Shown piece after piece: positions 30,656 through 43,580 of a stretch of 63,874 nt of DNA. This DNA comes from Lama glama. Taxonomy: Eukaryota. Every line of letters starts with the position of its first letter. Within the stretch, counting starts at the first letter, position 1. The notes below the pieces were generated by a model. The model did no database searches. It worked only from the letters and a program-made list of their open reading frames with translations, and had not been told where the DNA came from. A program made the position numbers and the translations under genes. The stretch is from assembly GCA_028534125.1 (NCBI GenBank), contig CM052850.1, positions 24,614,001-24,677,874 of the forward strand, read 5' to 3'.

Positions 30656-31763
30656 GCATTTAATAAAACAAGTCAACAAATTTGAGCCATTATTATCAGG
30701 AGGAAAGACAGAAGGTATCAGCAGAATATGGAAGCCAACCAAGCTGAGGCTGTCACACCGCCCTCAGTGCAGGAGAAGAGTGGGGTCAGGTAGGCGGTGC
30801 CCATTAGAGAACGCTGTGGCAGGTGACACCAACCTCTTCCTCCCGCTTTTACACATGGGGTTCTGTGTAAGATTTATTTTGAAGACTTCCCCGGGACAGC
30901 TCCCCACCCCCCAAAAAAACCATTCTGAAAATGACTGGAGGCCTTGGTACCCGTTGTATTCGGAACGCTGGCTGAGTTAGATCCAGATACCCGAGAAGTG
31001 AGTTCAGCAATCCCCACTGGGTTTTCCCGCTGGGAGCAGGGTGTATGAGAATCAGAACTGAAATTCTGAAAGAGTCACCTGCAAGCCAAGTGCTTCCCAG
31101 GGGCCTTGGCGGGAGGGAGAGGATATAATGTGTGGTAGTGCTCCCCAGGAAGAGAAGAGGTGAAGGGAGAGAGCCTCAGTTCTGCTCCTCCGGCAGCAAG
31201 GTGGATGCTTCATCTCACGTCTAATAAGATCATCCAGTCCTGGTTCCTTACAATTCAGTGTGAAGGTTTCTCAGGCTCAGCCAGCAAGAGTGCTGGCGTT
31301 GATTACCGATGTCTGCTGTGGGTGTGGGTGTGGATGGAGAGCTCCGTTTGCCAGCCCTGGACCTGGTTACTGTTTTTTTTAAATGTGTCTGCCGTTTTAT
31401 CGTCTCTCCAATACATTTCTTCACCAAATGTAAGCTCTTTTGTGGTTTTAGCTGCACTGGCTCCCTTCCTGAGTTTTGTCCTCAGCCTTTTCTAGCTGCA
31501 GTCCTCCGTCGTCACGTTTCTGTCTCCTTACGTGAGGTCTGGGGGGAGGTATGTGTGTGTCACTGGATGGGAACGAGGGAGGCCAAGTGATGGCTGAAGG
31601 ACGGTGGGAGGGCAGACCTACAGAACTTACAGGCAGGACCCTCCCCAGTGGGTCCGGAGGGTAGGCTGCCTGCTCCACAGCCCCCACCCCGGCGGCTTAG
31701 GGGCTGGGTTGGGGAGGATGGGGTGTGAAAAGAGTGAACAGTGCTATTCTCTCTAGTCTGCTG

Positions 31764-31864
31764 CAGTCCCTTGGTATCTGCAGGGGATTGGTTCCCAGGG
31801 GTCAAAATTCCCAGCTGGCTGAACACATGGTGGATATGGAACCCGTGTGTACAGAGGGCAGCTG
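31764..31864. mobile_element. MER2-like (TcMar-Tigger) DNA transposon remnant, internally deleted
   Basis: Termini cagtcccttggtatctgcaggggattggttcc and ggaacccgtgtgtacagagggcagctg resemble MER2 terminal inverted repeats. Confidence 0.6.
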
Positions 31865-34800
31865 AAATGCAGGGAAGCCAGCTGGGCTCTTGGGGCAGAG
31901 GCCACGGTCCAAGCACCCACTTTACCTCTGCCCGGATCTGGAGCCCTGAATAAGCTTGTTAAACCTTCTGAGAGCAACTGTTTCTGTTTTTAATGGTCAT
32001 CCACTCACTGGTGCAGGTGATGCATTCTTACCGAAAGGCTGACCTCTCCCCCACTGGAACGTGCAGCCCTAGCCTCAGGGAGTCTCCAGCCCAGTGGGGC
32101 CTGGGTGTGAGAATGGGGCAGGGAGGGGGGCAGAAGTGGAAAGAGATTTGAAGCTAATGGAGATAATTCTCTATCAGGCTCAGCTCTTCCAGAACGGGCT
32201 GTGGGACTGGATGGGGGGAATCACTTCCTCTTGGGCAGCCTCAGTCTTCTCATTCGCAAACATGGGGAGCGCACTGTCTGCTACTTCAGAGTTCAGACAG
32301 TGTGTGATGGGGTCTGGCCCACAGGGAACATGGGACACTTGTACTTGTCTGCGTTAGAACTAGGGTGACACGCTTGCTGCCTGCATCACGGGAGCACTAA
32401 GCACTCCCCCGAGCATCCCAGAGGCTGACTGGAGAGGCAGGAGACAAGTGCTGTAATACACATTTATCCTAATGTTCCAAAAACGATTTAAGTAATACTG
32501 AATGAAATCGTCAATGCATGGTGTCAAATATTAGAAAAGAACACACAGAAATTAAGACACTTGGAACACACTAGCTTACGCTGCTGCTCAGAGACACATC
32601 CCACAGCAGCTGTCCCGGGGGGGCTCATCAGGATTCCGGACCGACCAATCGAAACCTGACGCTCGCCGGGGGGATGAGGGAGTAAATTCCTCCTTCAATT
32701 CAGGGCCCTGCCCATCCTTCCTACCCCAATGTCATCAAACATTCTCTTCTCTCCAAATTCCTTTACATTTAAGTTTAGATATTTAATTAGCCTGGAATTT
32801 ATTTTTATGAGTGGTATGATTTAGAAATTCATGCTGCTTTATTCACCTTCAAAGCAACAAATCCACAGGGGGCACTATCACTCTGCCCACTCACGGATGA
32901 GCACACGCTGTTCAGAGATGAGGTAGATGCTGGACCACACCGCAGGAGGAGGGCAGCACTGATGCTCTCAGCTGCACATGTGGGGTTTGTAGCTTATGCT
33001 GTTAATCTTAGCTGTGTTTTACAATTGCACAGAAGAAAGACTGAAAGTAAATAAGGGGCAGTGTCAAGGCTGCTTAAGAGGTGGGGTGAGGGGGTGATGC
33101 CCTTCATACGTCTCACTTTCCAGAACTTCCAAGATGGGTAAGTTTACTTTTATAAATAGAAAAAGACTAAGTGATGGTAAGCAGTGAGCTTCCTAAGAAA
33201 CAGAATGTTAGAACAGGTCAGGCCCTAGAAGCCAACACGCTCGACACTCTCATTCTAAAGATGAGGCCGCTAAAGCCCGAGAGGTCCCATGTCTTGCCCA
33301 CAGCGCAGGACCCGTGAGCCGACGGGGCGACCCCCGGGTCCAGCATGCGCGGCACAGAGCTGAGGGTGGGATTCTGGAGACTGCGCTGCTGCAGATTTGG
33401 CAGGAGTCTCCTTGCATCTGTGGGCAAGGCCACACTACCATTTAGGAAAACACAGGATGGGACCCATGAATCGTGAGAGCTCTGCTTAAAAGGGGTTCAT
33501 ATAGTCTAAGTGTTTTGTCAAGTGCTCATTTTCCATTATTTTCTCTTATTATGTGAATTATACAATTGTGATGCTGACAAGTACTCAAGAGGCTTGGGAA
33601 CCAGAAGCTGGGTCTCTGAGAGCTCCTCCCGGCGGCCCGAGGTGGATGCTGGGAAGGCGCACAGGTGATACGTCTGGGGCACTTACACTTCAAGCCCTCG
33701 GTCTTAGTTTCCATCATGTTCATCTACTGTTCACAAACACAAACATGATGAGCGCATTCAGAGGATCTGGGTATCAATACATCTGGGTTATCTTCACTGT
33801 GAACGACAGAAAACCCAGCGACCTGGCTCAAACCGGGGATCATCCCTGATGTGCAAGGTGCTGGCGCCAGGCTCCCTGAACACCCATGCCTGCACTCTCT
33901 CGGCTCCGAGAGACCCATCCGCATTCACATCTTTCCTGAGCTGCTGTGCATCTGCTGTGTATCTGCTGTGGTCCTCGAGGCTGGGGCACGGCGGGGACTG
34001 AAGACTGGCACAGGCCCATTTCCTGTCCTGGAGTGTGACTCCAACGTGGCAAACCCACAAGAAAACCGCCAGCAAGAATGGGACAAGAACATGTCAAACA
34101 CAGGAAGCACTCTGGGAAAAGGGGGAAAACCAACTGAAGCGAGGAGTTCAGATGAGCAGGTTGCCCCTCTGGGCCGGGCAGTCAGTTGGCCTGCGACTGC
34201 CGAGCTAAACACACGTGACAAAGCTAAACCAGCCGTGGGATGGGGACGGACGGTTCAGGCAGGAAAAGAGCCAGCACAGAGGCCTTAGGGCTGGTCCTGG
34301 CCTGTGTTAAGATATCCCACCTTCTTGTTTTGTTCATGACAACGTGGAAAGTCTGCATTTAATAAGCAAACCTAAGGACTGATTCTCTTTCCAAAGGGAG
34401 ACTGAGTGCCTAGAGAACATTTTCTTCACTGTGTGGGCAAGGCTGGCCTCTTGAGACATAGTAATGGGCTTAAAACACACTCAGTAAGACCCTTGGTGAA
34501 AAAATAAAAATTTCCAATGCATATACATTTGAATAAATAAAATCTCCACATAAATGCTTATTTTGACTTTTTGTCTAGCATTAATCGCAAAAGCACTTCT
34601 GGTTAGAAAGCACTGTTCTGCCAAAATCCAGCTTGCTTTTTAGGAACAGAGAACTGGAGGAAAAGACCCAGAAATCATATGGCGGGGGGCAAGCAGGAGT
34701 GTGAACATCTGGCCTCGCCTGTGATATAGGCTGGGACAATCTGTTTTCCAAAGCCAGGGTCCCCTAGGACAGAGCTCCCTGCTGTGCAAGGGCAGCTGGC

Positions 34801-35453
34801 CGAGAGCAGGGGTGCTCACCCAGAGGAAGTAGCCCGGCTGGGAAGGTAAGGAAGGGACAAAGGTGAGACCACACAGCCAAGGGGCCATGTCAGACCAGCC
34901 TCCATGTCCAACACCAGGACTAAGATGTGACAAGCAGTTTGTACCCAGGGAACTGAACCACCGGGCTTCTCTGACCTGAATGTACCTTTCCCCCTCCAGC
35001 AGTGCCAGGCCAAGGAATCAGGAACACAAGGTGTCTCCTGGTTTTGCCCCTTCGTGCCCCTACATCTGGGCCTCCCCGTCCGGATCCTCCATCCACCATC
35101 CCTTAATCCTCTGCGCCTTGCAAATCCAGAATTCAGATTCCTCTAAATTGCTGCCCCCATTTTCTACTTGTTTATTGCCCACTCTGTCCCCTAAACCAAG
35201 AAACCAGCAGGGCTGTGACATCCAACAGGCTGTAGGACCAAGGAAAACCAGAACCTGGACGTGGAGCTTTCTGGCTCCAGAAGGTGGGACGTGCATTATG
35301 CGCTGACTTCCCTGCTCCTCTGAAGACTGCAGGGCAGTAACTGGAGCCGATTCCCCAGAAAGGCTTGAACTCAAAGTAGGCCACGCAGCACTCGCTCCAC
35401 CACATCCTGCTGTGCTGGCTGCGAAGTTCGCTGGGGACCAGAGCGAAACATGG

Positions 35454-35942
35454 TCATGGGTCAGCGACGCTAGGGCGATGGTCAGGGTGTGGCTCTTCAG
35501 CATGGCCACCCACCAGATCACTGGCCCTCTGCTGCCTGGCCCGTGCCACCTTCAAGGCATTGGCGCCCAGGTGGAAGCCCTGCAGGCACAAGAGGGCCCG
35601 CTGGGCCGAGGCGGCATCCCGGTAGTGGAGGAAGGCCCTGCGCTGTGGCCCCTGCCAGGTGAGCCGGAGGGGTGCCACACCCAGCACGCCGAGGGCTGTC
35701 TTCAGCTCGCTCACTCGGGCGTTCCGTGGGAGGTTCCCGACATAAACAGTGTTGGAAGGCGCATCCTCCACCTGCCCGGAGCCCAGCTCTGGTGGGGGCA
35801 GGCCCCGCGGCTTTCTGACGACACTTGGGGTGGCCGGAAGGTGCCGGGGCTCATCCCGAAGGGTGACATCCTTCCCAGCCTGCTCCTCTCTGCAGCGCAG
35901 GCTTCTGAGAATTGGGATTTTCCCCAGCATCTCCCAGCTGAT
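35454..35942 (-). CDS. MTHFSD: MTHFSD terminal exon 8 (RRM domain)
   Basis: tttcag|ISWEMLGKIPILRSL...VYVGNLP (RNP2)...RAFLHY (RNP1-like)...ARQQR..., stop ending at 35454. Spliced CDS using one exon 3 is 1167 nt, 388 aa. Confidence 0.93.
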   Translation of the reverse strand: MSWEMLGKIPILRSLRCREEQAGKDVTLRDEPRHLPATPSVVRKPRGLPPPELGSGQVEDAPSNTVYVGNLPRNARVSELKTALGVLGVAPLRLTWQGPQRRAFLHYRDAASAQRALLCLQGFHLGANALKVARARQQRASDLVGGHAEEPHPDHRPSVADP

Positions 35943-36820
35943 CTGAAAAAGTAAAGCAGTTCAGCTAGTCCCGGGGTGTCCCAAGGGACCAAGACTCGTC
36001 ATGAGGGAGGAAGACACTCAGGGGCCTCTGGCACAGAGGCTCGTGTAAGACATGAGCACACTCAGGCCAGCCACCTCCACCTGCCACTCTGCGTCTGCCC
36101 AGCACACCATGGCAGCTCGCCAGAACAGGCAGCTTTCTCCATCTTCCTGGGGGCCCAGGAAGCAGATAACCGAGGCCTCCCACCTGGAAAGGGAAGAGCT
36201 AAGGTCACTGGTATAAAGGTTAGGGGGTTACAAATGGCACCTGCCCTAGTGACCCCCCAGGATAATGGGGGGGTTTCTGCCTCCGTGCCTCGCTCCCCTG
36301 CCCCCAACCTATGCCTTTGGGTAGGATGAGGTCTTCAATGGTGCCATGGGGATCTCCTCCTCCCTGCCCCTCTGCTTAAGGGCCAAATGCATCAAGGCGT
36401 CACTGAAAAAGCACCAACAAGGCGAATCTGAAGCAGAACCGTACACTGAAAACACTTTCTAGCAACGTGTCATCAAGCTACAAAATAACAAACAGCACAC
36501 ACGTTCCATCTCAACGAGCAGGCCTTCCATACAAAGGACATCTTAGGACATCTTTAGTTTCTTGGTCAAATCAATCAGCAAAGGTTTCCTGAGCACCTGC
36601 AGCAATGGAGGCAACAGAAGAGCCCTGGTACTCGAGGCAGAGCCTGAATGCGACACCCACGGCTCCGTCCCGTAGGGCAGGTATACTGGGGGCTGCCCGT
36701 TGGGCCAGCATGAGCTTGGACAACTGAGCCCGGGCAAAACTGGTCTCACATCTCTTGAGGACTCACACGGCAGAAGAGGGACAGAAAGACATGGTCAGTT
36801 CTTTTTGATAATTCATTTTT

Positions 36821-36924
36821 TAAATACTGCCTTTTCGGGGTTTTTTACTTTTTATTTAATTATTATTATTATTTTTTAATGCAGGTATTGGGGATTGAAC
36901 CCAGGACCTCATGCGCTTCCCCCC
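36821..36924 (-). mobile_element. Short tRNA-derived SINE (camelid Vic-type-like, internally deleted)
   Basis: Minus-strand B-box GGTTCAATCCC and an A-rich tail; imperfect TSD gataattcattttt (36807-36820) / gatgattcattctt (36925-36938). Confidence 0.7.
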
Positions 36925-39900
36925 GATGATTCATTCTTTAGAGATGCTTTCTGTGTTGTGTTGGGAACACAAAGCTGGTAAATGGTCAGTTGCCAAGAGG
37001 CAAGCGTGGGCCAAACACAGGCTGCCCAGACACGGGCCAGAACACTAGTCAGCACACAGGCAGACAGGCAGGCTTTTCCACAAAAATAAACAGCTCAGTG
37101 AGCACTAGTGCTCTCAGTACACTCAGGATCACATATAGCTTAGGGTAATGGTTCTTATCCTTGGCAGGATATCAAGGACCCTGGAGAGAAGCTGGGCTTC
37201 CCTCCCTGTCCCTGGTCCACCTCCGTCGGCTCAGATTCTCGTGTTCTTTCAGAGTTTTCTAAAGCAGACCTAAATAAACTGGTCATAATTAGATTCTTCA
37301 GGATTTCTTAAGTTACTAAATTGAGCATTTAGAAAAGCCGATCAACTGCAATTACAATCAAACAAAAAGTATGACTGTCATTAAATGAAAGACTAAATAT
37401 TGCCCCACTCCAAGCACCAGTGGCAGGAACCACCAGGCTGCACCTCCTGGTAAACACCGTGTGTCCACTGGGGCCACCGTGAGGCAGTCTCGGCCGGGTG
37501 ACCCCCCTGAAGTGCTGAAACTCCCGTGGGTTTTTGCCCAGGGGACCCACAGGGCTACCTGAGGCAGAGGTGTGTGTTCTCAGGAAGCCTGACCCACGGG
37601 GCAAGGCTCCACACTCAAGAAGCAGGAATCCATGCTGAAATGTGTGTGAAGGGAGTACACATCCTTCTGTGCCCTTCCCTGGCGCTACCTTATCCTGAGC
37701 TGGCGCACTTACAAACGGCCATCAGCTGCAGAATCAGGAAAGCAACCAGCGTGCACCGTGAACCGCCCGGGTCCACAGCGCGGCCACGGAGGCACACACC
37801 AGGGGTCTCTGGGGATGGAAACGCAGAGACGCACGGCTTTCATGTGAGACTGCTGTTTCAGGAGCACTGCATTCTTTGGGTAAGAACGACAAAGCTCAAT
37901 GCTGGCTCCCTCTCCGCCCTCCACGAGTCCTGAAGGAGAAATCTCCCCGATCACCAGGCGGGTTCTGCCACTTTCCAGCCGCCTGCCACCTCTGCCATCT
38001 CTGCGCTCCATGGGAGGGGACAGCAGGGGTCGAGGGCAGTTCCACGGCTGACAGAAGAGCCTCAAGAGCCAAGTGGATGGGCTGGACCCCCACGCAGGGC
38101 CCGCGGCAATGCTACTCTATCTTCCCTGCCTGGCAACTCAGAACATTTATTACATTTTGTCAATTTGCCACGTGAAACAGAAGATTTTGCTTGTTAATCA
38201 AACATAAAAAGATTATGCTCTCTGTAATCACTCCATTTGAAAAGTTAGTATAAAGCAAAAGTGATACTTTTTTTTTGGTACGGTACAATCACTTTCGCTG
38301 AAGCATGTGGATGGCAGTCAATTATAAACATGTGTCCCCTTTAAAGGTTAAATTTAAAGCACTAGAAACAGGTGCTAAGTCCAACACAAAGGCATCTGCC
38401 CAGAAAAAGACACTCGGTTCTAACCTCACCTCTGCCACACTGGGGTCACATTTTGGGGTAAGCTGCTTTTCTCTCTGGTTCCCACTTCACTTGAGTGGAA
38501 GATAAAGGAGCCTGAGAAGGAGGACCTTTAAGCTCCTTCTCTCTCAATAATGCTAGGACAGCAAAGACACACAGAAACACCAGAAGCATCTCTAACGTGA
38601 ACTACAGCTTCCACAAAAATCACTAGTTCTCCTGTACAAGTCTGCGCCTACCATGGCTGATGAAAATGCTTTAGACACTTCCCAATGACCGAGGTGAAGT
38701 CCTGCTAGAGGAGGCCTGCTCAGGAGGAGAAAGGAAATGCGGCATCCTCCACGGATGTCATTCAGGGGTTTTCTAAGGACAGTATCTCTTAATTGCAATG
38801 TGGCTTGTTTAGCACACCTTTCTGCACATAACTGGTCACAGATGTCGCTCAGTAGACAAGGCCCTACAGGGCCAGCCCCTCTGCAGTGGGAGCGCAGGAC
38901 GGGCTGGCCCCTGAGCACACCACTGCCCCACTGGACCACCCCTGGGGTCAGGAAGAGGTGGCTGCTTGGTGGCAGCCACGGACATCACTAAGAACTGTTT
39001 TAGTAAAGAACCTTTTCATTTTCTGGTAGACACGATCACCTTACAACCTGCGCTACAAAATGCCAGTTTCCATCTGCATGCCGTGGCTCCCGCCTGGTCC
39101 TGATTTGAGTCGGGGGCAGAATGCCAGGCCCACAGTAGTGCGGTCTCCCTCCCACCGGGCAATTCAGAGCTTGGGGGGACAAACGCCTGCCCCGTGGCTC
39201 TCGGCTTCACCCCACAGCCCAGACCGCCGGCCCCTGGAGAAGAGCGGCCCGTGTGCGTGGCCCACTTCACACACAGACAGAAGCTTTACACAACATCCTG
39301 GATGAGCCAGTGTCACCTACTCACACAAGTATGACTTCTAAGAACTGGTACATATTTAACTATTTTGGATCTCGAGTTCTCATTTTTACCTCCGGAGAGC
39401 ACACTGAGAACAGAGGCCACACCTTGATTCTGCAAAACTGGATTCAAACATAGCTAAAGCTGAAAAGTCTGCTTTGGAAAACAGTCATAAAATTCAATGT
39501 TTTGTCCACTAAATAGTTTGATTATTAAAGTAATACATACTGGCTGTGGGAAATTTGAGGGAAAAAAGTAGAAAACACATCTGAAACCCTATCCCACAGA
39601 GATAACTACTGTTAATCTTCCAGTGTGTTTCCTTTTGTCTCTTTTCTATGCATATTTTAACATACTAAGCAAAACACAAAATTATACATCAAACACATAT
39701 AAATTTATATTCTGCTTTTTACACTTAAAATTTCTTATACCACAAACATTTCCTCATGCCATTAAACATTCTTTAACAAGGCTGTATGCACAGCCTACTG
39801 GCATTTAGGTCTCTAACTTTCCCCGTTCTAGGGCACTGCATACCTGAGTACTCAAATATCTTTATCTGAGTTTGTAAGTATTTCTCTAGGACAGATCCCT

Positions 39901-42900
39901 ACGAGATGAATTACTAGATCAAGTGCAGTCACTCTTTCGAAATGAAAGCATCGGACGAGTGTTTGTGTGGGCCGGGGAGCTGAGCTTCAAGGTGCCAGGA
40001 CTGCTGCTGCCTGCAGGGGTGCTTTCCTTGAATCCTGTTCCCGAGGCGCCCGCCACCCTTCAGAAGTCAATGCGGCATGCTCCGACCCTCTGAGAATGGC
40101 CCTCCCACGCAGGCCGGTAGGGGTGGACAGGCTACACGGTGTGGAAGCTACAGAAGTATTTGCTTCTTTGTGTCTAAGCCCAAGAACAGCCCTGGCAGAA
40201 TCCCATTTCCTTAATTAAGGAGAAAATGAGTTGACAAGAAAGTTAGTTGTTCAGGTTCTGGCCAATGGCGTCATGCTGCTCTCCTTGGTACCTTACAGCA
40301 ACGACTGCGGGGAGCAGAGGAGGGTGCTCCCTGGACTGGGGCCCTGGTGGCAGGGAGCACGACCTCCCAGGTGCCCTGGGTTCCATCTCTGAGGCGGCCC
40401 CTCACAGATCGTCTGACACACGGCCGTCCGCAGGGAGGGACGTCTGGATTATGGTCCCAGAGACTAAAAGGCCACTGAGCTGGAAGAGTGCTCAGAGGTT
40501 CAGAACCACCCTCCCACCTCAATACCAGGTCTCTCGCTCCATCCTCGAGCCCTCCTCTCCCCAAGGTGGACTCAGGGAGCCCCAGGTTCTCAGGCGGATG
40601 GGCTGGAGCGGCTGTGTGTCTTGCAACTCATACGTGGCCAAGGGCGAGGAGAGTGCGAGAGACAGAGACCCACGTGCTCAGAGCAGTCACACCTTCCAGA
40701 AGGAGGAAGGAAAAGCTATCTCCCTGTGCCTCTCTCCTTCCTGTGCCTCTGCCCTCCTTCTCACTGACAGGCAATAAAGGGCACATGGTGACAAGGCACT
40801 GTGGAGAGAGTGGGCAGGGCCATCCTGGCTCAGTTAAGGAATCTGCTGGCAGCCAGAAGAAAAACCACACAGCCACATCCAGGCAGATCTCTTGCAATTA
40901 TTAACCACCATTCGGCACTTGTGACAGCCCAGCTGACCAGGTCCTGCCTCTGCCTGAAACATCAGTGTTGAGTGTCCCCATTTTACAGTCAACAAACGGG
41001 GGACTTGGAGAGGGTGTGCCCTGGTTTCAGACACCACCACTCAGTGGGCCACTGCCACTTCTAAGCTCTAAGCTTCTAAACCACACGCCTTCTGGCCTTG
41101 AAACCACAAGACATGAGCCGAGAAAGGCCCACGTGGACTTGGAAGGCAGGTTGAAGGGATCCACTGCTCGAAGTACCTAGAGTGGTAACCAGAGTCCATA
41201 CCAAACCAGCCTGGTGGGCTGGGGCAGCACTCACACTTCCTGAGATGTGGAAGCAAAGGCCAGGGAATCAAATGCTGCACAATCCTTGTGTATTAAGAAT
41301 GAGTTTTTTTTTTAAGGCGCCACATTTTGTACTTGTTTCACAACCTTTCATTTGAGAGGGCTACAGTGTTTAGAAAAAAATGAATTCCAGATACTCCAAT
41401 GAAATAGACAAGAGGCAAGTTCCTGGATTCTGGATTCTGATGCCTACATGACAACGAGTTTACGGGTGGAGCGTCGTGCAAGGACTTACCGGCACGTGCC
41501 AGCGGTCAACCTGAAACAGACTGCCCCCTCCACCTCCCCCAGTCTTAATGGAATTAGGGGCCTCCTCCCCATCGTCGATGAAAACACACTCTGGCTGCAC
41601 CCAGAGCAAGGTCATGACAAAAACCGAAGGGCTGAGGCATCCGTGCCTTCACAGGACCTGTGCAGAGGGATGCCCAGCCGGGAGGAGAGGCACTGGGAAC
41701 ACAGGACCCAAAATGAGAGCTGGCTTGCTGGGCATCTCGCCAAGGCCCCACCAGGAACTAGCGCCCTTCAGCAGAGGACAAAGCCGAGGTGTCCACAGGC
41801 GGAACAGCCCAGGACCCCGCAGGCACCAGCATGGCCGGGGTGTCTCAGGAGGCTGGGCCTGCGTTCGGTTTTCTTTCATCAAGAGGGATCACATTCCTCT
41901 AACACAACTGATAACCTGAGTAGTCGCTATTTTTGTTTTCTTCTTGTTAAAACCTGCAGCTCTTCTCCAAGGCCACACGTCTCTCTCTCCCTGGAGAGGC
42001 CCCCTGCGCCTCCCTACCACACTGCAGTTGGCGCAGTTGGTGCTGCAGCTGGCCCCTGACTGTGAAGCGCTGGTCCCAGGGCACCTGCGGCCTCGCTGGG
42101 GAGGCCCCTCTGGTGTAACCTCCGCAGACCAAGCGCTCACCCCTGAGCACAGCCACTTCTCTCCCTTGACTCGTGTGTCGGCTGCCACACAAAGGGGGGC
42201 TGTGTGCCCAAATTCCGAGGTACCCTAAGTTCTAAAAGTCCAGAGGGTTGTTTTAATATTCACGAAGGGTGCCACGGCCTCCTCCCTGGAACTCAGGGTG
42301 CACTTGAAGGGTCCCACCCCGCCCTGTCTGGTCTTGGGTACTCCCCTCTGCTCTCATGGGGCACCCTCTTCCGGCTCATCCTTGGAGGTACACACATTGA
42401 TTCCCACGCCCAAAGGAAGGCTGCCTTCCAACTCTGGATGACTCAGCTTTAAGGAATGTGACACAAGGATAAACATGCTGATTTGACCAAGTTTCAATCC
42501 CAAGGGAGCACAGTGCCTCCTGTTTTCTCAGTGATGCTGGCTCTCTACCAGCGGACAGCATCATAACCTGAAGGCGGATACTTGGGGTCAAACCCCGACT
42601 GCAGGTTAGCCTGTAACACGTGCCACAGCCTGTTCAGGAGACAGGTGTCGCCAAGGCATCAGCTCACGAAGGCTCTGCCTCAGCCCGGGGATGCAGACGG
42701 CAGTAAGAAAATCGGGGTTTGCAGAAGGAAAGACTGATGATTTAGGACCATGCGTAGCCGGGATGGCAGAAGACAGCTCTTAGACATGAAAACTAGCTGG
42801 CAAGCTGATTCAAGGCATCAGCTCGATCACTTCTGGGTATCAGCTGACAGTACACCTGCCTGTCAGAACAGGCGTGTTTGCAAAGCAGATTCTCAGGCCC

Positions 42901-43078
42901 ACGCATGGAGACCGACTCAGAAGCTGAATTGTTCAAAAGCTCACAGGCGACCCAAACGCACAGCCATGCAACACAGGCCTGGGGACGGCAGCCACGCTAG
43001 ACAGAGGAGACAGGGAAAGCGGAGGCGTCTGTACGCCACAGGCTGGTGCTGGCCACGCTGCCTGCCACAGTGACCCAC

Positions 43079-43204
43079 CTTGGACCATGTGATTCCCGCT
43101 GGCTTAGGGCGCTCACACCCTGTGGTGATAACTCGCGTTGGGGTGAGGATATAGTCCACTGTGAGGTCGTGATCCTCAAGGAGTGTTTCAGGTATGTTGA
43201 CAAC
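43079..43204 (-). CDS. MTHFSD: MTHFSD exon 7
   Basis: gaccag|[42 protein letters not shown]|gtgggt; 126 nt. Confidence 0.95.
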
Positions 43205-43467
43205 CTGGTCAAACAGAAGCAGGTAAGAGAGCTGAAGGGGAACAGCTCCAGCCGTGTTCACTGTCCCGCTTGGCGGAAGCTCCATGTCCCCCAAACCCCG
43301 GCGGACAAAGCCCAGCTGCCCTGCCAGTGGGCGAACCGGGCCTGGACGAGCAACGCCATGGCAGACGGGGCACGGAGCGACGGCAGAGGCCCATCTCCCC
43401 GCCTGTCATGCTCTTCATGCTCTCAGGGCGCAGCGGCAGCTCTGCTGGGCCTGTCCCCAGGAAGCAC

Positions 43468-43580
43468 CTGGCAGTCGTGGACGATGGTGGCCACTGGCGT
43501 CCCCGGGCCGACTGCTCCCATCGACACCATCATGGCGTATTCAAGGTCAGCATAGCCTTCTCCCTTTCCAATTCTCCAGC
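43468..43580 (-). CDS. MTHFSD: MTHFSD exon 6
   Basis: tcttag|(G)[37 protein letters not shown]|gtgctt; 113 nt; [10 protein letters not shown] is the nucleotide-binding loop of the 5-FTHF cyclo-ligase family. Confidence 0.95.

Noticed and set aside
35171-35176. Minus-strand AATAAA as the definitive MTHFSD polyA signal
   Set aside because: Plausible, but other candidates exist (for example 32798-32803 and 32838-32843) and I cannot choose without 3'-end data.
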